Source: Clostridia bacterium (GTDB lineage Bacteria > Bacillota > Clostridia > TANB77 > CAG-508). Taken from it: a stretch of 64,000 nt of DNA. Positions within the stretch are counted from its first letter, which is position 1; each line of letters starts with the position of its first letter. The notes under the pieces are model-generated. The model did not search any database and had not been told where the DNA came from. It saw only the letters and a program-made list of their open reading frames with translations. This document shows positions 9,804 through 20,057 of this stretch, piece by piece. The stretch covers positions 5,499 to 69,498 of the forward strand of contig JAFRNM010000004.1 in assembly GCA_017430135.1 (NCBI GenBank), read 5' to 3'. Position numbers and translations under genes: made by a program.

Positions 9804-12800
9804 ATGAAAGGAAAACTATTACAAAAAACAACAGCACTTATGCTAGTACTATGCATGACAATGGTAAACTTTATATTTGTTGCCACAAACATAGTATATG
9901 CGGTAAGCGAAAGCCAAGTTAGCATTGAAAGCGGAAAGATAACATTTGACGCTTATTTTAAAGACGCTAATGGAAACAAAATTTACACAAAAGAAGCAAA
10001 TATATCAGAAGGGGCTACTTTATATGCTAAAATTAAGCTACAAAGTGGTATTTTAAAAGATGCAAAAATCACAATAAACAATGCAAACTTTAAATTACCT
10101 GAAATAGTAAATAGCCCATATGTTGCAGGAGTAAACAATGCAACAAAAGAAATCAAATTCATAGAATTAGATGGAAGCCATGTAAATGATATAGAATTAG
10201 AAATTCCAGTAACATTTGAAAAGCAATCTACAATTGATGTAGGTTATTTTGACATGGAAAACGGAATTACCCTTTCAGGAGAATATAAAGCCTCTGAAAC
10301 ATTTAAATCAACAACAGCAACAATAAATACAAACCTAAAATGGAAAGAAGACGATTCAGCAAAAGCATTACCAACTGTTAATTATAAACAAGAAAAAGCA
10401 ATAAAAGACGGAAACAAAGCGCTTGTTCAAGAAAAATTAACAGTAAAAGGTGGACTTCTACCTAGATTAGAAGACCAATTAAATGTAACAATTCCAAAAA
10501 TAAATAACAAAGAACCAGATACAGTAACACTTTTAATAAATGGAGCAAAAGTTAACTTAAGTCCAAATAACATAACAACAGGAGAAACTCCAGCATTACA
10601 ATATACAAACACATTAAAAAATGGTAATACAATCAACTGGGGAACTGGAACAGATGTGTATACATTAATATATATATATGAAGATATAGAAAATATAGAT
10701 AGTGTAAAAACAGTTACAAGAGATATACAAACAGCACAAGTTAAGCTATCTGTATTAAATAAAACATTAGAAGACGATACAGTAAGATTACCAAAAGAAA
10801 GCAAAGGCCCAATGACAATCGAATTCAGTTACGGACACCATATTGTAAGTGTAGAAGCTACAAGTGTATCTAAAGAAGTATATAAAGGATTCATGTATGC
10901 AAATGCAAATAATGAAACAACATATACAGAAAAATATAATGTAGAAATATCAGATAAAACTAATATCAACAAAGTTGAACTAGAATTATTAAAAGATAAA
11001 TTTGAACATGTAGAAGTTGTAGAAGATAAAATCCAAGAAACAAACGTCCAAGAAACAAACAACCAAACAAAATACAAAACAATAAAAGTAGATTGGGATA
11101 GTGCAAGCAAAGTATTAGGATCAGATGGAACAATCAAAATAATAGATGATGAAGGAAAACAAATAGAAATAAATGCTTCATCAGAAAAAGAAGTTCAATT
11201 AAATTCACACAATATAACAATAACAACAAGCAAACCAGTAAATGAAGGAACAATAGAAATAGTTGCAGAAAAAACAATAATTGGAGATGCTGGACTAAGC
11301 AAAGAAACAATACAAAATATAAACGCAATAGTAACAAAAATGAGAGTTACAACAAACAAAGATGCTAATGGTTCATGGTTAGAGGCAATAACACAATTAA
11401 AAGAACCAACAACAAAACCAGCAACATTATCATTAACAAGTGGAAATGTATTTTCAACAAAAAATGTAAATGATGTAGAGTTCCAAGTTAAATTTCCAAC
11501 AGGAACACCAGATACATACTTATTTAAACAACCAAAAATAACATTAGAATTACCAGAAGATGTATCAGAAATATCAAACGTATCAGCAAAAGCATTATTT
11601 GCAGATAAAAATGAATTACAAGTTGAACAAAGTGATATAACAGTAGAAGGAAACAAAATAATAATTCCAATCAAAGGTGAACAAACAATGTTTGATAACC
11701 AAACAGTTGGAGGAATTGTAGTAACAATAAATGCAAAAGTAGCAGTAAAAGCTAACGTGCCAGAAGGAACAGAATTACCAGTAGCAAAAGCAGCAAAAGT
11801 AACAATGTCATACACAAACGAAAATGCTGCAACACAACCAGAATCTGTTTCAACAGATGTAATAATAGACATACAAAAACAAGAAACAGCAGAGCCAACA
11901 CAAGAACCAACACAAGAGCCAACTCAGGAACCAACCCAAGAACCAACACAAGAGCCAACACAAGAACCAACACCAGCTGTTGAAGAAAAAACAGATAAAA
12001 TAAAAGTTACAATGTCAGCAGTATCAGCTGGAGTAACATTAAAAGATGGAGACCAAATAAATGCAGGTCAAGCAGTAACATATACATATGTTGTAGAAAA
12101 TTTAACAAATTCTAATATAGAAAATTTAAAATTAACAGTAGACCATGATGGAACAGCAAAAATATATGAAGATGTAACAGAAAAAGACGAATTACAAAAA
12201 GACTATACATTTGAAAAATTAACAGAAAATACATCAAAAGAATTTAATTTACAAACATTATTAGCAGGAACAAAATCACAACCAATAGTATATCAAGTAA
12301 GAGTAAACGAAGATGCAACACAACTAAAATCTAAAGCAACAATTAGTGGAAAAAATATTGATATGGTTGAAATTAATAAAACAAATACAGTAAAACAAGC
12401 TGAATTAGAATTGGATTTACAAACAAATATAGCAAAAGAATATAGTGCTGAAAAAGATGTAATATCTTATAACATCTTAAAAATAGCAAATAAAACAGAA
12501 AACTTATTAGAAAATATTAAAGTAACAATAAAAGTACCAAAAGAATTCAAGATAGATAAATTAGAAGCAAATGTTGAAGGTAGCGAGGATTTTGTAATAA
12601 GCAATAATACAACAAATAGTAATACATTAACATTTACAATTAACAAATTAGCTGCTAAAAACAAAAAACAATACAAATTGTCACTATACATGCAAGAAGA
12701 GAAACCAACAAGAACAAATGTAGAATATAACTATTCAGCAACAGTTGGAGAAAACACATACTATTCAAATACAGTTTCTGTAAAATTGAGAGCAATGCCA

Positions 12801-14291
12801 GAATCAAAATTACAAATTGCTCAAACAGTTAATATAGCAAGTGGAAGCACAGTAAAAACAGGTGATGAACTAGTATATAAAATTGGAATGAAAAATATTG
12901 GAACAGACGCAGATGAATTCATATTCACAGACTATGTTCCAAACGCAGCTGTTGTACAAAAAGCTTCATATAAAATAGGAGAAAAAGAAACAGAAATTTC
13001 TGTAAAAGATAATACAATAATTCAAACAATAGTATTAAATCCAGGAGAAACAGCAATTGTGACAATTACAACAAAAATTGATGAAGAAAAAACTGGTAGA
13101 GAAGAAATAACAAATTATGCAACTATAGTAGGAAACCTATTAGAAAAAGAAGTAAAAACAACTGGAATAACACATGTATTAGCTGCAAATATTAGAGAAG
13201 AAGAACCACAAGAAGAACCAGAAGTGGATCCACAACAAGGGGAAAATCCAACAAATTCAGAAAATGATCCAACAATACCAGGAACAGTAACAACAAAAAA
13301 TTCAATTTCTGGTATGGCATGGATAGACACAAACAAAAATGGTATAAGAGAAAGCTCAGAAAAACCATTTGCAGGAATTACAGTAATGTTAGTAAACACA
13401 AAAACAAATAAATTTGTAACAGATGAAAATGGTTCAAAATTAACTATAACAACAGATTCAAAAGGTGCATACGAATTTGAAAACATAGAAGAAGGAAGTT
13501 ACATGGTAGTATTCACATATGACAATCTAAAATATAGAAATACAGAATACCAAGCAAAATCAGCAACAGAAACAACAAACTCAGACATAATAACAGGAAC
13601 AATAACAACAGATAGCAATTCAAAAGTGTATGCAATGACAGATAAATTAGTATTAACAAATAAAAGCTTAGAACATATAGATGCTGGATTTATCGAAAAC
13701 GAAGTATTTGATTTAAAAATAAACAAATACATAAGCAAAGTAACAATTCAAAATACTGCTGGAACAGTAGTAAAACAATACAATAAACAACAACTAGCAA
13801 AAGTTGAAATAGATGCCAAATTATTAGCATCATCAACAGTATTAGTAGAATACACACTAGAAGTAACAAACGAAGGCGAACTTGCAGGATATGCAAACGA
13901 ATTAGTAGACTATATGCCAAAAGATATGAGTTTCAACTCAGAAATAAACAAAGACTGGTATAAGTCAACAGATGGAAATGTTCATACAACAGCACTTTCA
14001 AAAGAATTAATAAACCCAGGAGAAACAAAGAAAGTTGTATTAACATTAACAAAAGCAATGACAGAAAACAACACAGGTGTAACAACAAACAAAGCAGAAA
14101 TTGCAAAATCAAGTAATGAATTATCAATACCAGACAAAGATACAGCAGATAACACAAGCTCAGCAGAATTAATTGTATCAATTAGAACAGGTGTTGAAGT
14201 ATCAATAGGAATTATAATTGCAATAATTGCAATGACTGCAACAGGAATAGTAGTATACACAAAGAAAAGAAAGGAGGCAAAACATGAGTAA
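9804..14291 (+). CDS. Large surface-anchored adhesin/pilin-like protein (Cna-B/SpaA-type and DUF11-like domains)
   Basis: 1495 aa. Signal peptide. (EPTQ)x7 linker. Prealbumin/Cna-B-like module (GITVMLVNTKTNKFVTDENGSKLTITTDSKGAYEFENIEEGSY). C-terminal SIRTG + TM + KKRK tail. Paralogous to the first half of the 22520 ORF. Confidence 0.85.
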   Translation: MKGKLLQKTTALMLVLCMTMVNFIFVATNIVYAVSESQVSIESGKITFDAYFKDANGNKIYTKEANISEGATLYAKIKLQSGILKDAKITINNANFKLPEIVNSPYVAGVNNATKEIKFIELDGSHVNDIELEIPVTFEKQSTIDVGYFDMENGITLSGEYKASETFKSTTATINTNLKWKEDDSAKALPTVNYKQEKAIKDGNKALVQEKLTVKGGLLPRLEDQLNVTIPKINNKEPDTVTLLINGAKVNLSPNNITTGETPALQYTNTLKNGNTINWGTGTDVYTLIYIYEDIENIDSVKTVTRDIQTAQVKLSVLNKTLEDDTVRLPKESKGPMTIEFSYGHHIVSVEATSVSKEVYKGFMYANANNETTYTEKYNVEISDKTNINKVELELLKDKFEHVEVVEDKIQETNVQETNNQTKYKTIKVDWDSASKVLGSDGTIKIIDDEGKQIEINASSEKEVQLNSHNITITTSKPVNEGTIEIVAEKTIIGDAGLSKETIQNINAIVTKMRVTTNKDANGSWLEAITQLKEPTTKPATLSLTSGNVFSTKNVNDVEFQVKFPTGTPDTYLFKQPKITLELPEDVSEISNVSAKALFADKNELQVEQSDITVEGNKIIIPIKGEQTMFDNQTVGGIVVTINAKVAVKANVPEGTELPVAKAAKVTMSYTNENAATQPESVSTDVIIDIQKQETAEPTQEPTQEPTQEPTQEPTQEPTQEPTPAVEEKTDKIKVTMSAVSAGVTLKDGDQINAGQAVTYTYVVENLTNSNIENLKLTVDHDGTAKIYEDVTEKDELQKDYTFEKLTENTSKEFNLQTLLAGTKSQPIVYQVRVNEDATQLKSKATISGKNIDMVEINKTNTVKQAELELDLQTNIAKEYSAEKDVISYNILKIANKTENLLENIKVTIKVPKEFKIDKLEANVEGSEDFVISNNTTNSNTLTFTINKLAAKNKKQYKLSLYMQEEKPTRTNVEYNYSATVGENTYYSNTVSVKLRAMPESKLQIAQTVNIASGSTVKTGDELVYKIGMKNIGTDADEFIFTDYVPNAAVVQKASYKIGEKETEISVKDNTIIQTIVLNPGETAIVTITTKIDEEKTGREEITNYATIVGNLLEKEVKTTGITHVLAANIREEEPQEEPEVDPQQGENPTNSENDPTIPGTVTTKNSISGMAWIDTNKNGIRESSEKPFAGITVMLVNTKTNKFVTDENGSKLTITTDSKGAYEFENIEEGSYMVVFTYDNLKYRNTEYQAKSATETTNSDIITGTITTDSNSKVYAMTDKLVLTNKSLEHIDAGFIENEVFDLKINKYISKVTIQNTAGTVVKQYNKQQLAKVEIDAKLLASSTVLVEYTLEVTNEGELAGYANELVDYMPKDMSFNSEINKDWYKSTDGNVHTTALSKELINPGETKKVVLTLTKAMTENNTGVTTNKAEIAKSSNELSIPDKDTADNTSSAELIVSIRTGVEVSIGIIIAIIAMTATGIVVYTKKRKEAKHE
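11892..11975 (+). repeat. 12-bp in-frame tandem repeat x7 encoding (EPTQ)7
   Basis: gagccaacacaa / gaaccaacacaa units with synonymous variation. Confidence 0.9.
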
Positions 14292-17200
14292 GATATTAAA
14301 TAAAACTAAAAAAATATCAGTATCAATGTTATTCTTTATAGCATTATTAGCTATAATAGTAACAAGCATAAATGCCTCAATTACAAGTGAAAAAACAACA
14401 GTAATGGACTTAATAAAAGAAGCACAAAATGATTCATGGTATAATTACTCACCATCAAAAGATATGATTGGTAAAAAAATAGGAATTACAGCATCAAATA
14501 GCTATAATTCAGCATATTGTATCGACGGACATACACCAAAAGATAATGGTAATTCTTGGGGAGGATACTATGACATAGTTAACGTATTTGATGTAAACAA
14601 CAATAAAAACACAGTTGTAGTATATAGTATAGAAAATCCAAATGGAACAGAATATTCTTTATCAGATGAAAGAATAAAACCAATCTTAATGCTTTCATAC
14701 TTAACACAAAAAGCAACTGAAAATTCATCAGATTTAACTGCATTTGGATATAAAGATGTACTATCAAGAATATTCTGGAATGCTACATGGATAAGAGATT
14801 TAAAAGCAGTTGGATTATCAAGTTCATTCCATGCACCATATACTTTGAATAATGGAAACCTTGTAAATGCTGCCAGAAAAATAGCAGAAGCAAAACAATA
14901 TGCAGAAAATATGATGGCACAAGGAGCAATAGAAACAGCAGAATTAAGTGATTCTGTTATGACAGAAGCTGAAAAAAGCAGAGTAAGTGTAACAAAAATA
15001 AATGGAAAAACATTTATAGGACCATATAGAATAAACTTAAAAGCAACAAAAGTTGGAGAAATAAAAGTAAATGGAGAAAATGCTATAGGAATATCTACTG
15101 ATATGAAAACAGTTGAAAGTTTTGATAAAATAGTAGATGCAAAAGAGTTCTATATAGTAACAGAAAAAGATTATAATGAAATTAAAAGTATTACAGTAAA
15201 AGCAAATAAAACAATTTCAACAATGAAATCTAGAATGGTATTATTAGGAAATTCACCTAGCCAAAACTTCTTAGTTTGGAAATCTGAAGAAACAACAATA
15301 ACACCAGAAGTAGAATTAGAAACTCCAAAAACAGGAACACTAGAAATCCAAAAAGTAGACGAAAACAAAGACTCAACAATAAGCCTAAAAGACATAGAAT
15401 TCAAAGTATATGCTGAGAAAAAAGGATGGGTAGAACAAAATGGAGAAAACATTACATTCAACAATGAAAAGAATGCATTTGACAAAGTAAAACCATTCAA
15501 AACAGACTCAAAAGGAAAAATATCAATCAAAAACTTACCAACAGGATACTATTGGATTTATGAAACAGGCTTACCAGAGAACTTACAAGGAATCTACCAA
15601 TTAGGAGAAACAAAAGTACCTGGAAAAGACGATTTTGTAAAAGCAAAAAGAGTTGTTATGAAAAAAGGAACAACAGAGAATGATACAATTATGAATTTAA
15701 AATTTAGTGTATCAGCAGGTCAAACAGCAACAGTAACAGCAGTAAATAGCAGAGCATATACTGATGTAACTGTTCACAAAACAGATAAAGATACAGGAAA
15801 AGCCTTAAACGGATACGTATTCAGACTATACAGAATAGATGGAAACGAACAAGGTTGGGTAAGAGCCGAAAATAATGTAGTATTAGAGAAAGACACATAC
15901 ACAAAAGACTTTAGAGACGCAAAAATTGCAGATCTAACTACAACAAATGGAATAACACAAACACTTAAAAAACTTCCAGTAGGAACATATGAATTATATG
16001 AAACTGAAGAAGGTGAAAATGGAGAAGTTTACGATCTAGGAAAATTCAAAAAAGACAATAATGAATATGATGGTAAACTAATCGACACACAAGAAGTAAA
16101 AGCAAATGCAACAGGAGTATTCACTTTCGAAGTTGAAAACGTACCAGTATTCATCAAAATCTCTGGAAAAGTTTGGGAAGATGTTGAACAACTTGTAAAA
16201 AATGAGTATAGAAGAGATAATAAATATACACAAAGTAATGATAAACTAGTTGGTGGAATAGAAGTTATACTATTTAACCTACAGACTCAAGAAAGAAGAA
16301 CAACTTATACAAGCACAGATGCTGAAAACTTTGGTGAATATACATTTGAAAATGTAAGAATAAGAAAATCAGAAAAATCAGGAACAGCTGACTTATTACA
16401 ATACTATGTAATACAATTCAAATATGATGGATTCATCTATCAAAGTACAATAAATTCAGATGCTGAAGTTAAAAAATTCAACGATGATGGAACAATAAAT
16501 GTAACAGATTCAAAAGCATTTGACGACCAAGAAGAAAGAAATAAACTAAACAACAAATTTAAAAATGTAACAGGAGAAGATGAAGGATTAAAATACCAAA
16601 AAGACCAAAATAGGGTAGTATCATTACAAAACACTTCAACATTAACAGAAACTGAAAAAGGTGTAAAAGTAGAAGGAGAAACAGACTTTAAAATAACAGC
16701 ACGTTCAACAGGTAACACCATAAAAGCCTACTATGATAAACTAAAAGACAATGGAGATGTAGTAACAGAAATACAACACATCGATTTAGGTGTATATCGT
16801 AGAAAAATGACAGATATATCATTAACAAATTCTGTATACAATGCAGAAGTAAGTGTAAATGATTTTACATATACATATAGATATGATAGAACAGCAAAAG
16901 ATCCTAAAAAAACAGTAACAGGTGCGGTATTCGATTCAAAATATCCATTCCCACTATATGAAGCAGATGTTGAATATAAACCAGCAGATGAAAGCAAAAA
17001 ATTACATGCAGCAGTAACATATAGAATTACATTAAGCAATCATACACAAAACCTATACACAACAGTAAATGGTATAGACGAATGGTTCTCAAAGAATTAC
17101 TCTCTTGCTAAAGAAGATGGTCAATACGCTATATATGTAAGCGATAGTGAAACAGAAACAACATTTGACAAAACAAATAGAGTAAGCGTAAAAGTAGATA

Positions 17201-19110
17201 CAAATAATGATGACACAACATACAACAAGGCAAGAATAATATTTGAAAATCCAATTGGAATTTCACCAAGAGAAGCAAGTGGAGAAACTTTAAAATATCT
17301 ATATATTAAATTAGATATAAATAACATAACAGAAATATACAATAAAGAAGCAAACTTGGAGAATTTTGCAGAAATAAATAGTTACACAACATATTCAGAT
17401 AGTGAACACAAAAACATATATGCAGCAATAGACGAAACATCAATTCCAAGAAACATGGATCCAAAAAGATTTGTTGAAACAGATGAAGACGATTCAGATA
17501 AAGCAAGAGGATTACATTTAGTAGATGCTGGACAAAGAACAGTTTCAGGAACAGTATTCGAAGATGAAGTATTACAAGATAAATTAAATAACAACAATGA
17601 AAGAATAGGAAATGGTATATTTGATGTTGATGCCGGAGAAAAAACAATAAAAGATGTTAAAGTACAACTAGTAGACAATAACGGAAATAAAGTCCAAGTA
17701 TATAACGGAAGCGATTGGGTAGATGCAGTTGCAACATCAACAGATGAAAAAGGTAGCTTCACAATCTCTGGATTCTTACCAGGAGCATACAGATTAGTAT
17801 ATACATGGGGAGATGGAAATGGCTACAAAGTAGAAGACTACAAAGGAACAATCTATGTAAATTCTGAAAGAGCAAACGATGTAAAATGGTATAAAGATGA
17901 AGGAAATAGATACTCAGATGCAATAGATAATTACAACATGAGATTAGCAATAGATTACGATGCATTAGGATTAGCTACAGAAAATTATACTCCAGCTGAA
18001 ATGGAAAAAATAAATACAATAAAAGCTGCTTATGGAGAAAAAATCAACGAAATGAAATCAACAACTCCAGCCTTCGAAATAGGAATTGAAAAAGACGAAT
18101 ATACTCAAACACCAGAAGGAAATGGATTCAAATTTGAAGTTAAAAACATCGACTTTGGTATTATAGAAAGACCTCGTCAAGTAATGAACATCAAAAAAGA
18201 CCTAAGAGGAATTGTATTAACAACAAACGATGGTCAACAAGTTGTAAATGCTGAAATTGACAAAGACGGAAAACTAAATGTTAGAACAGGTGAAAAATAC
18301 GTTTCTGGTGGAAATGGATTACCTTACATTTGGGTACAAGTAGATAAAAACATAACAACAGGAATGGCAGCAAAATTAAAATATGCAATTACAGTAAGCA
18401 ACGATAGTGAAAAAGATTACGATGATGAAAAATACTACAAATTTGGTACAAGTGATGAAAGCAAAGCAGTAAAAATGAAATTAAAAGCACAAGACGTATA
18501 TGATATCTGTAGTGGAGCGGTATTAGCTAAAGATCAAGTAAATACAAATACATGGACAACAGTAGGAACAGATGAATTCAAGAACTCAGCAGAAACTATG
18601 ACAGAAAAATACTTTACAGAGAACTTGATAACAGATGAAGATGGCTACATTACAGGTGGAAACTGGGAAAAATCATCAGTAATTTCAACAGAAATATTAA
18701 ATGAATGGATGGAAAACATCACATCAACAAAGACTGTAAGAAGTGTAAGAATTCCACAAAATGCAGTAATAATGAAATATGCTTCAGAAGATGGAAAACT
18801 ACTTAGAGAAATGGAACCAGGAGAAAGCGAAACAGCCGAAATAGTTACATCAAAAGAACTTTCAAATGGAGACAATATTAGATTTGATAATGATGTAGAA
18901 ATAACAAACATTGTATATTCTACAACTCAAAAAACAGGAAGAAAACCAAGTGCAAACACATCAAGAACATACGATAGAGCTGAATGGACAACAGTAACAC
19001 CAGCAACAGGTGAAGATAGAGACTACACATGGATAATAATCACAGCAGTATCTGCAATAGCAGTACTTGGAGCAGGAATAATAATCATAAAGAAAAAAGT
19101 TCTTAAATAA
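14284..19110 (+). CDS. Large surface protein (Cna-B/SpaA-type folds), co-transcribed partner of the upstream adhesin
   Basis: 1608 aa. Start overlaps the upstream stop by 8 nt and uses an RBS embedded in the upstream tail. N-terminal signal/anchor. Contains TGTLEIQKVDENKD..ISIKNLPTGYYWIYETGLPENL. C-terminal TPATGEDRDY + TM + KKK tail. Paralogous to the second half of the 22520 ORF. Confidence 0.85.
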   Translation: MSKILNKTKKISVSMLFFIALLAIIVTSINASITSEKTTVMDLIKEAQNDSWYNYSPSKDMIGKKIGITASNSYNSAYCIDGHTPKDNGNSWGGYYDIVNVFDVNNNKNTVVVYSIENPNGTEYSLSDERIKPILMLSYLTQKATENSSDLTAFGYKDVLSRIFWNATWIRDLKAVGLSSSFHAPYTLNNGNLVNAARKIAEAKQYAENMMAQGAIETAELSDSVMTEAEKSRVSVTKINGKTFIGPYRINLKATKVGEIKVNGENAIGISTDMKTVESFDKIVDAKEFYIVTEKDYNEIKSITVKANKTISTMKSRMVLLGNSPSQNFLVWKSEETTITPEVELETPKTGTLEIQKVDENKDSTISLKDIEFKVYAEKKGWVEQNGENITFNNEKNAFDKVKPFKTDSKGKISIKNLPTGYYWIYETGLPENLQGIYQLGETKVPGKDDFVKAKRVVMKKGTTENDTIMNLKFSVSAGQTATVTAVNSRAYTDVTVHKTDKDTGKALNGYVFRLYRIDGNEQGWVRAENNVVLEKDTYTKDFRDAKIADLTTTNGITQTLKKLPVGTYELYETEEGENGEVYDLGKFKKDNNEYDGKLIDTQEVKANATGVFTFEVENVPVFIKISGKVWEDVEQLVKNEYRRDNKYTQSNDKLVGGIEVILFNLQTQERRTTYTSTDAENFGEYTFENVRIRKSEKSGTADLLQYYVIQFKYDGFIYQSTINSDAEVKKFNDDGTINVTDSKAFDDQEERNKLNNKFKNVTGEDEGLKYQKDQNRVVSLQNTSTLTETEKGVKVEGETDFKITARSTGNTIKAYYDKLKDNGDVVTEIQHIDLGVYRRKMTDISLTNSVYNAEVSVNDFTYTYRYDRTAKDPKKTVTGAVFDSKYPFPLYEADVEYKPADESKKLHAAVTYRITLSNHTQNLYTTVNGIDEWFSKNYSLAKEDGQYAIYVSDSETETTFDKTNRVSVKVDTNNDDTTYNKARIIFENPIGISPREASGETLKYLYIKLDINNITEIYNKEANLENFAEINSYTTYSDSEHKNIYAAIDETSIPRNMDPKRFVETDEDDSDKARGLHLVDAGQRTVSGTVFEDEVLQDKLNNNNERIGNGIFDVDAGEKTIKDVKVQLVDNNGNKVQVYNGSDWVDAVATSTDEKGSFTISGFLPGAYRLVYTWGDGNGYKVEDYKGTIYVNSERANDVKWYKDEGNRYSDAIDNYNMRLAIDYDALGLATENYTPAEMEKINTIKAAYGEKINEMKSTTPAFEIGIEKDEYTQTPEGNGFKFEVKNIDFGIIERPRQVMNIKKDLRGIVLTTNDGQQVVNAEIDKDGKLNVRTGEKYVSGGNGLPYIWVQVDKNITTGMAAKLKYAITVSNDSEKDYDDEKYYKFGTSDESKAVKMKLKAQDVYDICSGAVLAKDQVNTNTWTTVGTDEFKNSAETMTEKYFTENLITDEDGYITGGNWEKSSVISTEILNEWMENITSTKTVRSVRIPQNAVIMKYASEDGKLLREMEPGESETAEIVTSKELSNGDNIRFDNDVEITNIVYSTTQKTGRKPSANTSRTYDRAEWTTVTPATGEDRDYTWIIITAVSAIAVLGAGIIIIKKKVLK

Positions 19111-19122
19111 AGCATAAATCAT

Positions 19123-19152
19123 AACAAAAACCTAGGCAATGCCTAGGTTTTT
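19123..19152 (+). terminator. Terminator after the 14284 adhesin gene
   Basis: aaaacctaggcaatgcctaggtttttt. Confidence 0.85.
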
Positions 19153-19159
19153 TGCATCA

Positions 19160-19228
19160 AACTTTTTGGGACACTCTTAAAATTCAAGGTTGAATTTTAA
19201 GAGTGTCCCAAAAATCAAGAGTATCCCC
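19160..19228. repeat. REP-like cluster (forward + reverse + degenerate unit)
   Basis: ctttttgggacactcttaaaattcaagg ttgaattttaagagtgtccc ... caagagtatcccc. Confidence 0.9.
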
Positions 19229-19246
19229 AAAAGCTCAATTCACCAA

Positions 19247-19301
19247 AGTCGAATTTTGTCGAACGATTTATGTTGACAAAAGCTAAAACGCATGATATAG
19301 T
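19247..19301 (+). promoter_or_regulatory. Conserved promoter module: tandem TGTCGAA-like (Spo0A-box-like) motifs + TTGACA-17-TATAGT, upstream of abiEi
   Basis: aGTCGAAtttTGTCGAAcgatttatgTTGACA. 34 nt are identical to the module at 52581-52614. Confidence 0.5.
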
Positions 19302-19475
19302 ATATTTAGATTATAATCAAAGAGTTTAAGCTTTAAAAAACTAATATTATCTTTGCGAAATAATTTATAAATTATTCAAAAAATTTTTATCTAAAAAATC
19401 ATGAAAATCCAAAAAACAAAATATAAATTTGACTTACTTATACATTTTGTATATAATATGTATAGGAGGGTCAAA

Positions 19476-20057
19476 ATGAAAAAAACAGATATTTTAAAAA
19501 ATTTTATTGAAAAAAATAATGGAGTATTATTAACAAGTGATGTTGTAAATATGAATATTCATAAGCAATATATAAAAATATTATGTAATGAGGGCTATAT
19601 TAGAAAAGTTGAAAAAGGGGTTTATGTAAAAAAAGGAAAGAACATAAATGATTTCTTTTTATTGCAACAAAGATATAAAAGTGGAATTTTTTCACACAAT
19701 ACAGCTCTGTATTTTTATCACCTAACAGATAGAACTCCTCAAAAAATAGATCTAACATTTAAAAACAAAATAAGGTTACAAAACAAACTTATTAATTCTC
19801 ATTATGTAAAAGAAGAATATTTAAATATTGGATTAACAAGCTTAAAATTTAATGATAATACAAATGTGCAATGTTATGATATTGAAAGGACAATAATTGA
19901 TATTATTAGAGATAGAAATAAAATAGATATTCAGATTTTTAATACAGCAATTAAAGAATACATGAAAATGAAAGATAAAAATTTAATTAGATTGGCTAAA
20001 TACGCAAAAATATTTAAAGTTGAAAAAATATTAAAGCAGTATATGGAGGTTTTATAA
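19476..20057 (+). CDS. abiEi: Type IV toxin-antitoxin antitoxin, AbiEi family (wHTH transcriptional regulator)
   Basis: About 193 aa from MKKTDIL (RBS AGGAGGG). The N-terminal pattern GVLLTSDVV..GYIRKVEKGVYV matches the AbiEi_4 family. 1-nt overlap (TAATG) with the downstream AbiEii gene. Confidence 0.6.
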   Translation: MKKTDILKNFIEKNNGVLLTSDVVNMNIHKQYIKILCNEGYIRKVEKGVYVKKGKNINDFFLLQQRYKSGIFSHNTALYFYHLTDRTPQKIDLTFKNKIRLQNKLINSHYVKEEYLNIGLTSLKFNDNTNVQCYDIERTIIDIIRDRNKIDIQIFNTAIKEYMKMKDKNLIRLAKYAKIFKVEKILKQYMEVL

